Part shown: in pieces, positions 13,250 to 24,324 of the stretch
Numbering within the stretch: position 1 is the stretch's first letter
Layout: the number at the start of each line of letters is the position of its first letter
From: Azolla caroliniana
Lineage: Eukaryota; Plantae; Polypodiophyta
Assembly (NCBI GenBank): GCA_043228905.1
Contig: JBHGNT010000022.1
Span: 9,238,001-9,302,000 of the forward strand
Direction of reading: 5' to 3'
Length of the DNA: 64,000 nucleotides
The notes under the pieces: generated by a model
What the model was told of the DNA's origin: nothing
What the model saw: only the letters and a program-made list of their open reading frames with translations
The model's database searches: none
Position numbers and translations under genes: made by a program

Positions 13250-13832
13250 TTAGTGTTTTTCGATTCTGCTGCCGCTGTTTACTTTGTCTCCATAAGCAAC
13301 TCTTCCCTGGTACACCTTGAAGATTTCGATTGACAACTCTCTACAAGATCGTTTTCGCAAAGAGAAACACCGGCAAAATCTGCACTCCATTGTTCTAAAT
13401 CAGCATTGAAAAGAGTAAATTGGCTGCACTTCACTCTTATGATTGTAGCTGCTTGGATTGAGATTTCGCTTCACAAGCTCTGCCTCAATCTTGCTACATC
13501 GGATTAGACGACAATCGAATAGGTCAATCGACGCTATTTACTCGCTATTTACTTCACAAGTCCAGTTGTTCGTTAGGTCGATTGACAGAGCGGAACGGGA
13601 GGCCATCGGAATCGAGCTCGAAGATGACGACGGAGCGAATGGCCTTACCGAGGATTGATCGAAATTCAAATGAGTATGCCGGTAGTTGGATGAGGAGCGG
13701 TCCGCAAAAGGAAAAGGGAAAATAACGCTTGACGACACGTCATCACAACAAGGAGCGGGCGCACAACGAGACGGAACGACAAAGATAGATGTCGAGGCCC
13801 TAGTCTAGGAAGCATACGAGGCTCTGAAGGCG

Positions 13833-14537
13833 ATGGTCGAGGAAGAGGAGAGATCCGGTGCCCGATTGTATTCCGGAGATTCGGAGCTAGTCGGCCTTCC
13901 GGACGAGACAGATGTGGAGGCCGAAGGACGGTACGGTGGTACAACGGGAGATGGTGCGGAGTGTGACGGCCTCTCGACTTGTAGAGAAAGACCGACCAAG
14001 GATAAGGTCGGATTCGGGGAGATAAAGTCGGAAAGAGACCAATGGTTTCGGGCACCGTTGCCCGAAACTTTGGACATTGGAGAAGCAAGCCCAGGTGGGG
14101 CTTGCACGATCAAAGTAGAGATAACTTCCACTGACAACATCGAGGAGTCGGTGGCTATGGACAAATCGTTAGAGGGCGAATTTACGGGATCGTTCCCCAC
14201 ATCGTCTGCAGAGACTCCGATGGTTCGTCCAACGTGGCAACGTGAGACTAGAGAGATGGAAGATGGCAGTCGGAACACCAAGGAGAAGGACGACAATGAG
14301 TCAAAGGTCGGATGGAGAGAGCCCTCCACGCTGATTTCGGAGACCTCGGCAATCGAGTCTGTGTGTCGAAATGAGACTGGAGAGATGGAAGGCGACAACG
14401 AGGAGTCCTGGTACGATGTCCGCGAAGAAGGATGGGAAATGACCTACGAGGAGGCCAACGACGGAACCACGACAGAGAAGAAGGAAGACAAGAGAGAGGT
14501 AGTAGAGCCCGATTGGCAGGGGCCGGGCTCGGTATGA
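13833..14537 (+). CDS. 234-aa acidic ORF downstream of the gag remnant, with ET..QRETxEMEG-type repeats
   Basis: ORF track. ETPMVRPTWQRETREMEDG and ETSAIESVCRNETGEMEGD resemble ETWAVASTNQRETQEMEG in ORFs 20003-20356 and 48874-50067. Confidence 0.5.
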   Translation: MVEEEERSGARLYSGDSELVGLPDETDVEAEGRYGGTTGDGAECDGLSTCRERPTKDKVGFGEIKSERDQWFRAPLPETLDIGEASPGGACTIKVEITSTDNIEESVAMDKSLEGEFTGSFPTSSAETPMVRPTWQRETREMEDGSRNTKEKDDNESKVGWREPSTLISETSAIESVCRNETGEMEGDNEESWYDVREEGWEMTYEEANDGTTTEKKEDKREVVEPDWQGPGSV

Positions 14538-14825
14538 TGATGCCATTACAGGGAAGGGGTGGAACAAGTCGCCTTCTTGACACGTGGAGAATGAACAACC
14601 ATGGACAAGGTCAGGGATGATGAAGAGACGATCACCAATTCGGGAGGACGAGTATGTCCGGACACGGTTGTCTGAGATGTCAAAGTGGAAGAAAGGCAAG
14701 CACGGTCGAAGCTTGCACGGAAGGGGGTAGCCACGAGCCGCGACGTCGACATGAAAGTGGCTATGGACAAGGAAGCGGCTAGAGAGCTAAGGCAGGGTAG
14801 AAGAGCACGGATAGGGCGATCATAT

Positions 14826-15544
14826 TGTTAGGAAATAGGTCCCTCTGGATGGGAAGTGAGAAGAACAATACTGATGAGCAATCTCGGCCGAGGCCGAAAC
14901 CGGATGTGGAGTACCAGGTTACGGAAGACTCGGTGAGAACCAGATGAAGAGTACCCGACTACGGAAGACCCGGTGAGAACCGAATGAAGAGTACCCGGCT
15001 AGAGCCGGATGGTGAAGGCCCGGTGAGAACCGGATGACAAGTGCCCGGCAAGAGCCCGATGATGCAGGCCCGGTGAGGAGTGCTCACTGGATGAAGGGAC
15101 ATATTCGTAAATATGTTTTTTGAGAGTCCATCGGGGCTATATTTGTAAATAGCCGAAAAGTCATATTAGTATAAATATGACTTAGGGCAAACTTAGATAT
15201 GTGGTTGTCATTCTTGTTGGTGCAAGACTAGAGAGCGCGTAGCAGTGTACAGAGAGAGAGAGAGAGGAAGAGGTCGTTGCCTCTGTTGTAACCGCCGCCT
15301 GTGGCGAAGATCGTGAGCACGAGGTCGTTGCCTCCGTGAGCTCACTGTTGTAATCATTGTGATATAGTGATAGTTTGGAGTCTGTGGACTCCCGTGGTTT
15401 TTCCCTCTCGGGGTTTTCCACGTTAAACATCCTGTGTACTCTTCTCTCCTTTGTGTCGTGCATTCATTATCCTTTTTTCTGTGTTTTGATCTTAGACTCG
15501 GTTGTGGCCGAGCGTTGTTCATCGGGAGCATGTAGTTCCTGTCA
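14826..15544 (+). mobile_element. Solo LTR of the copia family represented at 52249-53041
   Basis: TGTTAGG...CCTGTCA with perfect TSD CATAT (14821-14825, 15545-15549). Extensive identity to the reverse complement of 52249-53041. Internal ~38-39 bp tandem repeats at ~14910-15080. Confidence 0.92.
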
Positions 15545-15549
15545 CATAT

Positions 15550-15780
15550 GACGATCCTCACACCGATCCGTAGACTCTAGCAGTCGGCCCGAGAGCCGGC
15601 GTGAGATCTAGAGAGATGGACGGTGGCGGCAGGTGAACGAGATCCTACTATGTGGTGAAATGCGGAGGAGTGATCCTACAATGATCCTCACACCCATCTG
15701 GAGACTCTAGTGGTCGGCTCGAGAGCCGGCATGAGACCTAAAGATATGGACGGTGGCGGTAGGTGAACGGGATCTGACAA
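15550..15780 (+). repeat. Two diverged ~100-bp direct repeats (period ~133 bp)
   Basis: GATCCTCACACC..TC..GACTCTAG..GTCGGC.CGAGAGCCGGC.TGAGA..TA.AGA.ATGGACGGTGGCGG.AGGTGAACG occurs at ~15553 and ~15684. Confidence 0.8.
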
Positions 15781-17473
15781 AGCAAGGACCGAAAGAGCGG
15801 AAAGACGTATAAGATCGGCGATGCGGCCACAAACTGGAAACAGACCCGAAGGGCAGGCTCAAAGAACGAAGGAGGGATGCACGAGGTGCACGGGTGGGTG
15901 GCCTCAAGAGAAGAAGGCCTGAGAGGGATCCTCCACATCGGATCTGGAGACTTCGGTAGTTCGGCTGCCGTGGCAACGTAAGACCGAGGAGAAGGATGGT
16001 GGCGGCGAGGGGACGAGGGTAGTAGCAGCAGAGGCACCGAGCAACCAAGGCGTCGAAAGGACAACGGAGGGCATGCGGGCCACAAGACAAGGTGATCCCG
16101 TATGGGTAGCGACGCGGAAGGTTACCAAAGAAACCTAGGTGAAGCGGTGTGCCGAGCTAAAGAGGGAACACCCGGAAGTGAAACGAAGGACGTGCCCATG
16201 GCCATCAAGGGTCGAGCTAAGAGCACGGTGAAAGACTAGAGTTTGGCATAGGCGGTGTCAAGCGAAGGAGGAGAGCGGACTGAGCCTCTCACAAGGCGAA
16301 GTAGAAGACAAGACAAGACACGGAGGTGCTGGGAGGGGACTATGGACGCGAAGTGGACTGCACGGGTTGGTGGACGCGAAGGACATCGGAAGCCGGAGAG
16401 GGATCCTCCACACCATCACTGGAGGCCTCAATAGCTCAATCGGAGTGGCAACGGTTGGCGTGGAAAGCGTATGCCTTAGGTGATAAGCAGGTGGGGGCGA
16501 GGGGACGACGACGGACAATGGCACGAACCGGTCGTAGCAATACGGGATCGACAGAGGCCAAGCGGGCCAAATGAGCTAAGAGGGTGTTCCTAGGGCATAG
16601 AGGACATCGGGTATACAAATGGAGCGAAAGGGGCACAATATGGCTGTGTAAGGGCTGAGTAGCCTACATAGGAGTTCGGTGTACGGAGGAGACGGATCGA
16701 AATGGGCATGAACGAGGTGCAATATCCGACATGCGTTTCAGAGGAACGAGGATTTGCACCGAACACGGGGAGCGAAGGGCAGGTTGTGGCCGGCATTTGG
16801 GATGTTAACCCTGACCGGGGAAGGGGGATGAATCCGAAAACCGAATCCAGCTAATTAGGTGGAGTGGATCGGGTGAAGCCGATGGTTCGGGTGGAGAGGC
16901 CGGATGAGCTCAGAGCAAGGAATTGAGGCCAACCGAGGAAACGAGCTCCCAGAAGGAGGATAAGGGCGGATTGAAGGGCATTCATATGGTCAATCCAAGG
17001 GCCAAGGGTGCAAGCACGTGTACGAAAAGGGGTTGTGCAAACGACCTACCGAACGGTCCGAACGAGCCTACGAAGAGGCAAGCAGGAGGAAGGAACCAAA
17101 GCTGACGGTTCGGGACCGGCGGAGGTAGATACGGCAGCCGGAATGCGGATTACGGAAACCTGAATGATCACTGTGGCAAGAATCCCTCACACTTCCCTTT
17201 TGACTTGGCACATATTAGTGGATGTGCCGTTTGGTGGGGGCGGATGTCGTGAGGATTGACGGCCACAGTGCGAAAACTGGGATTGTTGGTGACATCGGCG
17301 GAGTGCACTATGTACACTCACCCTTGTAAAAGATGCACGAAGGTAGTGAGTGCCTTTAAGGTGCCGAATAGGAGTAATAATGGGATAGTGTATCCCTTGT
17401 AATTAGGGATATTTATCCCACATTGTTACGCCTGTACATAAGAGGCGTGTGTTGAGTCGGAGTTGCGCACGTG

Positions 17474-17483
17474 CTCTCTCTCC

Positions 17484-17565
<82 letters not shown>
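17474..17565 (+). repeat. Long (CT)n microsatellite inside an LTR
   Basis: About 40 CT units. The duplicated copy at ~38787-38835 has a (CT)n(CA)n tract instead. Confidence 0.92.
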
Positions 17566-17566
<1 letters not shown>

Positions 17567-17704
17567 TTCGGTAGCGTTCGATACGCATTCGGAATCGCTC
17601 CGGTCAGTGCCACGACCGTCGTAGCTGGGCACAGAGAGAGTTAGTCTCCCGGTATCATCTCTCCCTCGTTTGAGACCCCTCTGGTCCCGCCCTCACACCC
17701 GATA

Positions 17705-18001
17705 TCAGCACCAAGAGAATTGAGTCCACTTGATTTGGTCCACTCGGACATTTGTGGCCCTATGCCACATTAGTCTCTTGCGGTGCCTTCTATTTCTTCA
17801 GCTTTATTGACGACTGGACTTGGAAGGTGTAGGTGTATCCAATAAAGATCAAAGATTGAGTATTCTCGATTTTCTCCGATTGGCTCACTATGGGTAAAAA
17901 ATTAGTGCGACCGAAAACTCAAATGTCTTCGGATCGATAATGGAGGAGAGTTCAAATTTGAAGAATTCATCAAATTCTGCTAACACCGTGGCATAGGAAG
18001 T
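17705..18001 (+). pseudogene. Copia integrase fragment (old host layer)
   Basis: PLDLVHSDICGPMPH...FSFIDDWT...RIDNGGEFKFEEF. Confidence 0.85.
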
Positions 18002-21000
18002 TGTCGAGGAAATCCTCGCTTGTTCGCGAAATGACGCGGGACCACCGGGGTCCTGGACCGGAAGGATTCAATGTTTTTAGCATCATAAGCGAGAAAGTAT
18101 TGAAGATAGATAGATGGATGAAAAGAGAGAGAGAAATTGAGATAGAGATTGAACCCTTGACTTTAGTTTTAGGAGACAAGATACATCACCATTAGGATAA
18201 CTCCGATCTTTGATTAGAAGTTTCTTTTTTTAGTTACATCACTTGCCTCTCTTACACAAGCCCAACTATAGGCTTTTATAGGTCTCTCCATGCAAAAACC
18301 ATGGGCTAAATCCACAGGCTAAGACCATGGGTTAAAACCACGAGCTGAAACCATGGGCTAAAACCACGAGCTAAAACCATGGTTTTGTGCCCATGGTTTC
18401 TATATGTTTGCTTCCTACAAAATATTGAATATGAAAAGAAAATATACAAATCCTAAAGCACTCAGTAGTGGCTTTAGTGGTAAGTTAATTTGTCTCCTAC
18501 AATGGAGGTGCAAGGTTCAAGCCTTGCTTCCACCCCTATATATGAACTTAAATGTTACTAGGCTTTAGTCTTATTTTTTATATTTACAATTGAGTGCACA
18601 CCACACGTGCACATGTTTAACTTTAGATTTAGCTTTTCTTTTACGATTCTCATTTCAGTACTATTTAAACCATGCTAGGATATGCGTGTGGCCTTCACCC
18701 CTTTCTCACGTGCACATTGCACCTTCTTGATTTCGTTTGTTGCACACAATTTTCACACCGTTGCCGAAAATATTCACGACATCGACCTCCACCAAACTGC
18801 ACGTCCTCTGGTACATGCCAAGAAGAGAGAGTGAGAGATTTCGTCTACGGTGATTAGTTCGATTACTCCATTTTGAGCATGAACCATTTTGAGCTTTTTC
18901 TTTGCTTTACCATGACTAGTTGTCATGGCCCCTTGTTCTCCTTTCGAACATAACTCTTTAGGCTTTATGCATGTTCCACCTTTGTTTCGATCGTGTCCTT
19001 GGTCAAGGCACTTTGACCCATCACACATTTTTGTTTTGTGTCTTTCTCCCCAAGCCTTTATCTGAATAATGGCATTGACTACCCCATGTAGTATCTTCAA
19101 GTGTATGCCCACGTCAAGATCCTTACGCGACCATTTTTCATGCTTCCCACTTCGTCCATCATTGTGGTTTCTTCTTATGTTAGAGTTCTCCATCGATTCC
19201 TTGATCTGAATGATAGTGTCTGCCTTCATGTTGAATGTTACATCAATATCTTGAGGAATACCCTTCAAATCTTCTTGGCCCACTTGGCCCTCGTCTTTTT
19301 TTGTTGTGCTTTGCTTGGCTTCTTTTCCCTACATATCAACTTCGACCCTTGCTTCCTTGTCCTCACTGTCCTTCTCTTGGGTCTTACATCGGTTAATGCC
19401 CAAGTCTCCAGAACGAGTGTGGAGAGATCCATATGTATTTGTCGGCCACGCCCCGACATCTTTATTTGTGTCGGCTATCACCTTTGCTTCCTGGCCATCA
19501 CCTTCTGTCTCTTGGTTCTCACGTTGGCTTTGAACCACAACTGCCCAAGTCTCTAGAATATGTGCGAAGGAATCCATTTGTCTTTGGTCAATTGTCTTCG
19601 ACACATTTGTCTTGATGTTATCTTTCACATTAGATTGGAACTCCCCCTTGTTGCCACCTTCTGTCTCTTGGGTCTTCTGTTGGTTCTCGGACGCAACTGC
19701 CCAAGTATCTGGAACCAGTGAGGGGAAAGTCTTGTCACTACCATCATTCACCATCGACTCGTCAATATCTATCTTCGCCTCGATGTTGTGCACACCATCT
19801 TGTTCCTTCTCCTTACTACCACCTTCCATCTCTTGGGTCTCACGTTGGCTCTTTGCAACTTCCCAAGTCTCCAGAACATGTGTGAAGGACTCCTCGATCT
19901 GGCCATCTGCCATTAATTATTTCATAGCCACCTTTGACTTGATGCCATTTCTTATGGTTATCTCTTCAATCTCATGGGCCTCGTACCCATTGACGTTCTT
20001 GATCAACAAGCTTCGATTATCCTTCTCTCTTCGTCGCATGTATTCGTTTCGACCTTCGGCTCCTCGCCGACACCTTCCATCTCTTGGGTCTCACGTTGGT
20101 TCGTGGATGCAACTGCCCAAGTCTCTGGAGCATGTGTGGAGAAAATCCGGCCATGGTTGTTGTCGAAGCTTGTTTTCTTGTTCATAGTCACCTCCTCGAT
20201 GTCGTCTTTAACGGCTAGATCCTCAATTACACTAGCCTCACACTCTTTATCTCCATTGATGCAAGCTTCGATTAGGCTTGCTCCTTCATCATCCGATGTT
20301 TTGAACATGATGTGTGTTCCGAAACATTCGTCCTCCCTCAAAGTGGCCTTCTCCATCCTCGATTCATCATCAATCTTATTTTCATGTAGGTTGCTTTGGC
20401 GGCTCGACTTCTTTAGGTGGTCTTGTTTTTTCTACTCTTGTTCTTGCCAAGTCAATATCATCAAGCCATTGACGACCCCTATCGATCTTGTTGCACGCTC
20501 GCTTCACCGCAGCCCAGTCTGACACAAGCCTATTCACTTGGGTATCATCTTGGAGGAGAGTCCCCAATTCTCTTCAATCCTTCATATCCACAACTTTCAG
20601 GAAGTACAAAGTCTTGTCCTCCTGAAGCAACACTTGGTCTGTGGCAGGGAGACGACTAAACATCTGGTCAAACTCGTCGTATACCCTCGAGGCGCTCATC
20701 TTCTTATTTTTCTTTTCTATCCACTTCATAAAGACATGTCCAGTCATCCTTGACAAATCTTCCAACGCAAACTCCGCTAATATTGCTCTTTCAAACTCTG
20801 ACCACATTGTCTTCCTTTCTTGAAGCTCAATGACCCGCCTTTGGATGTTGTTGGCGGCCACTCTCTTGAAACTTGTAATTTGACGCGCTTCAAACACGTC
20901 CCTATGATTATCTCCCTATTGTATGCATCAAGGAACTTCGTAATGTTCCTTCCATCAAATTGACCATTGACCTCCATGACACGGTTGACGGCCTTCTCCA

Positions 21001-21908
21001 TGCTTGAATCGTTGTCTCGAGATCTCATCATTTGCTCGAAGCTTATCATCATCCCTTCGAACTCTCCCACTTGATTGCTTGAGTATGCCATCTCCAAGTA
21101 TTGGTCCATACTCGTCTTTATCCTTCCTACCGCTTCTTCACGCCGGGTTCTCCAAGTAAGATGTCGAGGAAATCCTTGCGTGTTCGCGAAAAGAAGCGTG
21201 ACCACCGGGGTCCTGAATCGGAAGGATTCAATGTTTTTAGCAACGTCAACGAGAAAGTATTGAAGATAGATAGATGGATGAAGAGAAAGAGAGAAATTGA
21301 GATAGAGATTGAACCCTTGACTTTAGTTTTATGAGACAAGATACGTCACCATTAGGACAAATCCAATCTTTGATTAAAAGTTTCTTTTTTTACTTACATA
21401 ACTTGCCTCTCTTACACAAGCCCAACTATAGGCTTTTATAGGTCTCTCCATGCAAAAACCATGGGTTAAAACCACGAGCCGAAACCATGGGCTAACACCA
21501 CGGGCTAAAACCATGGTTTTGTGCCCACAGTTTTTATATGTTTGCTTCCTACACAATACTGAATATGAAAAGAAAATATACAAATCCTAAAGCACTCAGT
21601 AGTGGCTTTAGTGGTAAGTTAATTTGTCTCCTACAATGGAGGTGCAAGGTTCAAGCCTTGCTTCCACCCCTATGTACGTACTTAAATGTTATTAGTCTTA
21701 TTTTTTATATTTATAATTGAGCGCACATCACACGTGCACATGTTTAACTTTAGATTTAGCTTTTTTTTTACGATTCTCATTTCACTACTATTTACAACAT
21801 GCTAGCATATGTGTGTGGCCTTCACCCCTTTCTCACATGCACATTGCACCTTCTTGATTTCGTTTGTTGCACACAATTTTCACATCGTTGCCGAAAATCT
21901 TCACGACA
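18002..21908 (-). mobile_element. Non-autonomous gag-only LTR element (TR-GAG-like), tRNA-Trp primed; LTRs 18002-18781 and 21162-21908
   Basis: Paired TGTCG...CGACA LTRs. Minus-strand PBS TGGAGAACCCGGCGTGAA (~21154-21137). PPT-like TTTGGTGGAGGTCGA abuts 18781. The 2.4-kb interior has gag homology (FDGRNITKFLDAYNRE, WSEFERAILAEFALED, DWAAVKRAC) but no PR/RT/RH/INT. Confidence 0.88.
18461..18536 (+). promoter_or_regulatory. tRNA-like A-box/B-box module inside the LTR (second copy ~21595-21670)
   Basis: TGGCTTTAGTGG (18469-18480, A-box-like) and GGTTCAAGCC (18514-18523, B-box-like) within a T-arm-like stem GCAAGG-TTCAAG-CCTTGC. Identical in both LTRs. Confidence 0.55.
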
Positions 21909-22863
21909 TCGACGTCCACCAAACTGCACGTCCTCCGGTACGTGCCAAGAAGAGAGAGTGAGAGCTTTCGTCTACGGTGATTAGTTCGATTACTCCATTT
22001 TGAGCATGAACCATTTTGAGCTTTTTCGTTGCTTTACCATGACTAGTTGTCATGGCCCCTTGTTCTCCTTTCGAACATAACTCTTTAGGCTTTATGCATG
22101 TTCCACCTTTGTTTCGATCGTGTCCTTGGTCAAGGCACTTTGACCCATCGCACATTTTTGGTTTGTGTCTTTCTCCCCAAGCCTTTATCCAAATAATGGC
22201 ATTGACTACCCCATGTAGTATCTTCAAGTGTATGCCCACGTCAAGATCCTTACGCGACCATTTTTCATGCTTCCCACTTCGTCCATCATTGTGGTTTCTT
22301 CTTATGTTAGAGTTCTCCATCGATTCCTCGATCTGAATGATAGTGTCTGCCTTCATGTTGAATGTTACATCAATATCTTGAGGAATACCCTTCAAATCTT
22401 CTTGGCCCACTTGGCCCTCGTCTTTTTTTGTTGTGCTTTGCTTGGCTTCTTTTCCCTACATATCAACTTCGACCCTGTAGAAAGTAGCGTGCGGAAGCAA
22501 GTATGAAGACAGAACAGAAGGAAGAACACTCAGGTTTAATGGAGAGCTTGAGCTTACGCAGTATACGCGGGAGAGACAGAGAGAGTGAGAGTGAAGACAC
22601 AAAAAATATATTCAACAATAATACTCTGTCTGTACATAAGACGTGCTCAGTGAACACTTTTATACAAGTCCTAGAAGGACTGACCGAAGTACTGACAGTA
22701 CTTCAATGCTCATCAAGAGCTCCTACACTAAGTTCCAAATATATTCCTCACGGAATATCTTTCCTAACGACCTCCCAGTTTACGCACTCGGCCTAACCGA
22801 TCGGTCCCAACCGATCCAGTCCTCGGCTTCTTCAGCCGATCCGGCTGATGTTGAGCTTGTCTC

Positions 22864-23853
22864 TCAACACTCCCCCTCAAGCTCAACTTGAGGCTCTTCG
22901 GGATCGTCACAGCACCGGTTCCTCCTGGCTTCTCGCCTTGCTCGCGCTCCTCGACCTGTTCGACTCCGCACGCTTCGACCTTTTCGGTCGGCTTGTCTGC
23001 TCATGCGGCCTTTATCAGCTCTTCTGCTGTTGCGGTGTTGACGCTTCTCCTGCTGCCTTTTCTTCCGCTTGGGCCTCGGTTGATTCAGCGTATCTGAATC
23101 AAACATCCGAACCGACTCGGCTTCCTCCGATCGGTTTTCGCTCTCGTCCGAGTTGGCTGTCTCCCACTCGTCTTCGGTCTTCTCGCCCTCGATGGCGTCA
23201 TCTCCCCCATGCGTGGTTGGCTTCGGCTCTCTCCTTCGGCTGCTCCCCTTCTGTCCGCTTTCGGACTTTTCCGCGGGTCCGCCCTCGGCTTCCTCAGCCG
23301 TTCCGAAGTCAAACTCGACAACCGACTCGGTGTCGCGGTCTCCGCTCCTTTCTTGCTGCCTTGCTTGGACTGTTCTCCCCCTCAAGTTCGGCACGTCAAG
23401 GTGACGCAATCCGAGCACACCTGAGAATTGCCGCAACTTGTCCAGACCAAGAGGCTTAGTGAAGATGTCGGCAGTCTGCCGATTCGTCGGCACGTACTAA
23501 AGTTCGACTTCACCAAAAAGTACATGCTCACAGACGAAATGGTAGTGCACCTCAATGTGCTTGGTCCGTGCGTGGAAAACGGGGTTCTTCGCGAGCTGGA
23601 TGCTGCTGGGGTTGTCGCAGTAGATCGTCGTCGGATCTGACACCTCCGCTTGCAGGTCCTTAAGTAGCCGCTTCAACCATATGGCTTCGCATGTCGCAAC
23701 AGCCGCTCCTCGGTACTCAGCTTCGGTGCTCGACAGTGCAACTGTCGGCTGCTTCTTACTGCTCCACGCGATCGTGGCACTCCTGAGGGAGAACGCGTAT
23801 CCAGACGTGGATCATCAATCGGCGGCGTTGCCAGCCCAATTAGCATCGGTGTA
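22864..23853 (-). pseudogene. Copia RNase H plus ~170-aa charged C-terminal extension running into the 3' LTR
   Basis: YTDANWAG...SSKKQPTVALSSTEAEY...ADIFTKPLG, then an open frame (ORF 22864-23493) with an acidic block followed by an Arg/Lys-rich block. Confidence 0.88.
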
Positions 23854-24324
23854 TGTTGTTCTCTCACCGGACAAGGCCTAACACAAGGTGTCGCGGAGAC
23901 ACTTCACCAAAGGGTGATTACGGCATAGGATTATGACTCAACGATTACACCGACTTACGTAGGTTACACGATTAGAGCGCTTTTGTTAATTACACGCGTA
24001 AGATATAACAGTAATTACAGAACGGAAATCAACACAGAAGTATAAACACCATACGCTCTATTAATTATCCGCTGCGATTACAATGGGCTCCGGGCCTTTA
24101 AATAGGTTTCCGGTCCGTAGTACAAAACGGTGCCTATCGCACCTATTCGGGATCCGTCCGGATCTGGAACGGCATACCGTTTCCAGTCCGTCCGTCCATA
24201 CTATGCTTATTTACAACCATACTTAATTAATTCCTTCACTCCGTATTTTGGACTCCTTGCCGGCCGGTAACACATGGCACGCCCATGGGACAGTACCTTG
24301 TACGTCGAACCCTTCTCGGCCCCT

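Larger units (their letters stand above)
13560..17704 (+). mobile_element. 5'-truncated pol-less element of the tRNA-Trp gypsy group: gag remnant, acidic ORF, non-coding interior, PPT, 3' LTR (17245-~17704)
   Basis: LFVRSIDRAEREAIGIELEDDDGANGLTED matches gag at 50086-50634 and 40988-41602. PPT TTTGGTGGGGGCGGA then TGTCGTG at 17245, as at 46468-46489. No pol motifs. The LTR end is inferred from where a copia integrase frame begins. Confidence 0.7.

Noticed and set aside
17403-17632. ER-repeat and LS-repeat ORFs (also 6049-6333)
   Set aside because: Translations of (CT)n/(AG)n microsatellites.
18461-18536. Bona fide tRNA gene (also 50915-50980)
   Set aside because: No acceptor stem or clear anticodon arm; only the promoter boxes and a T-arm-like stem.
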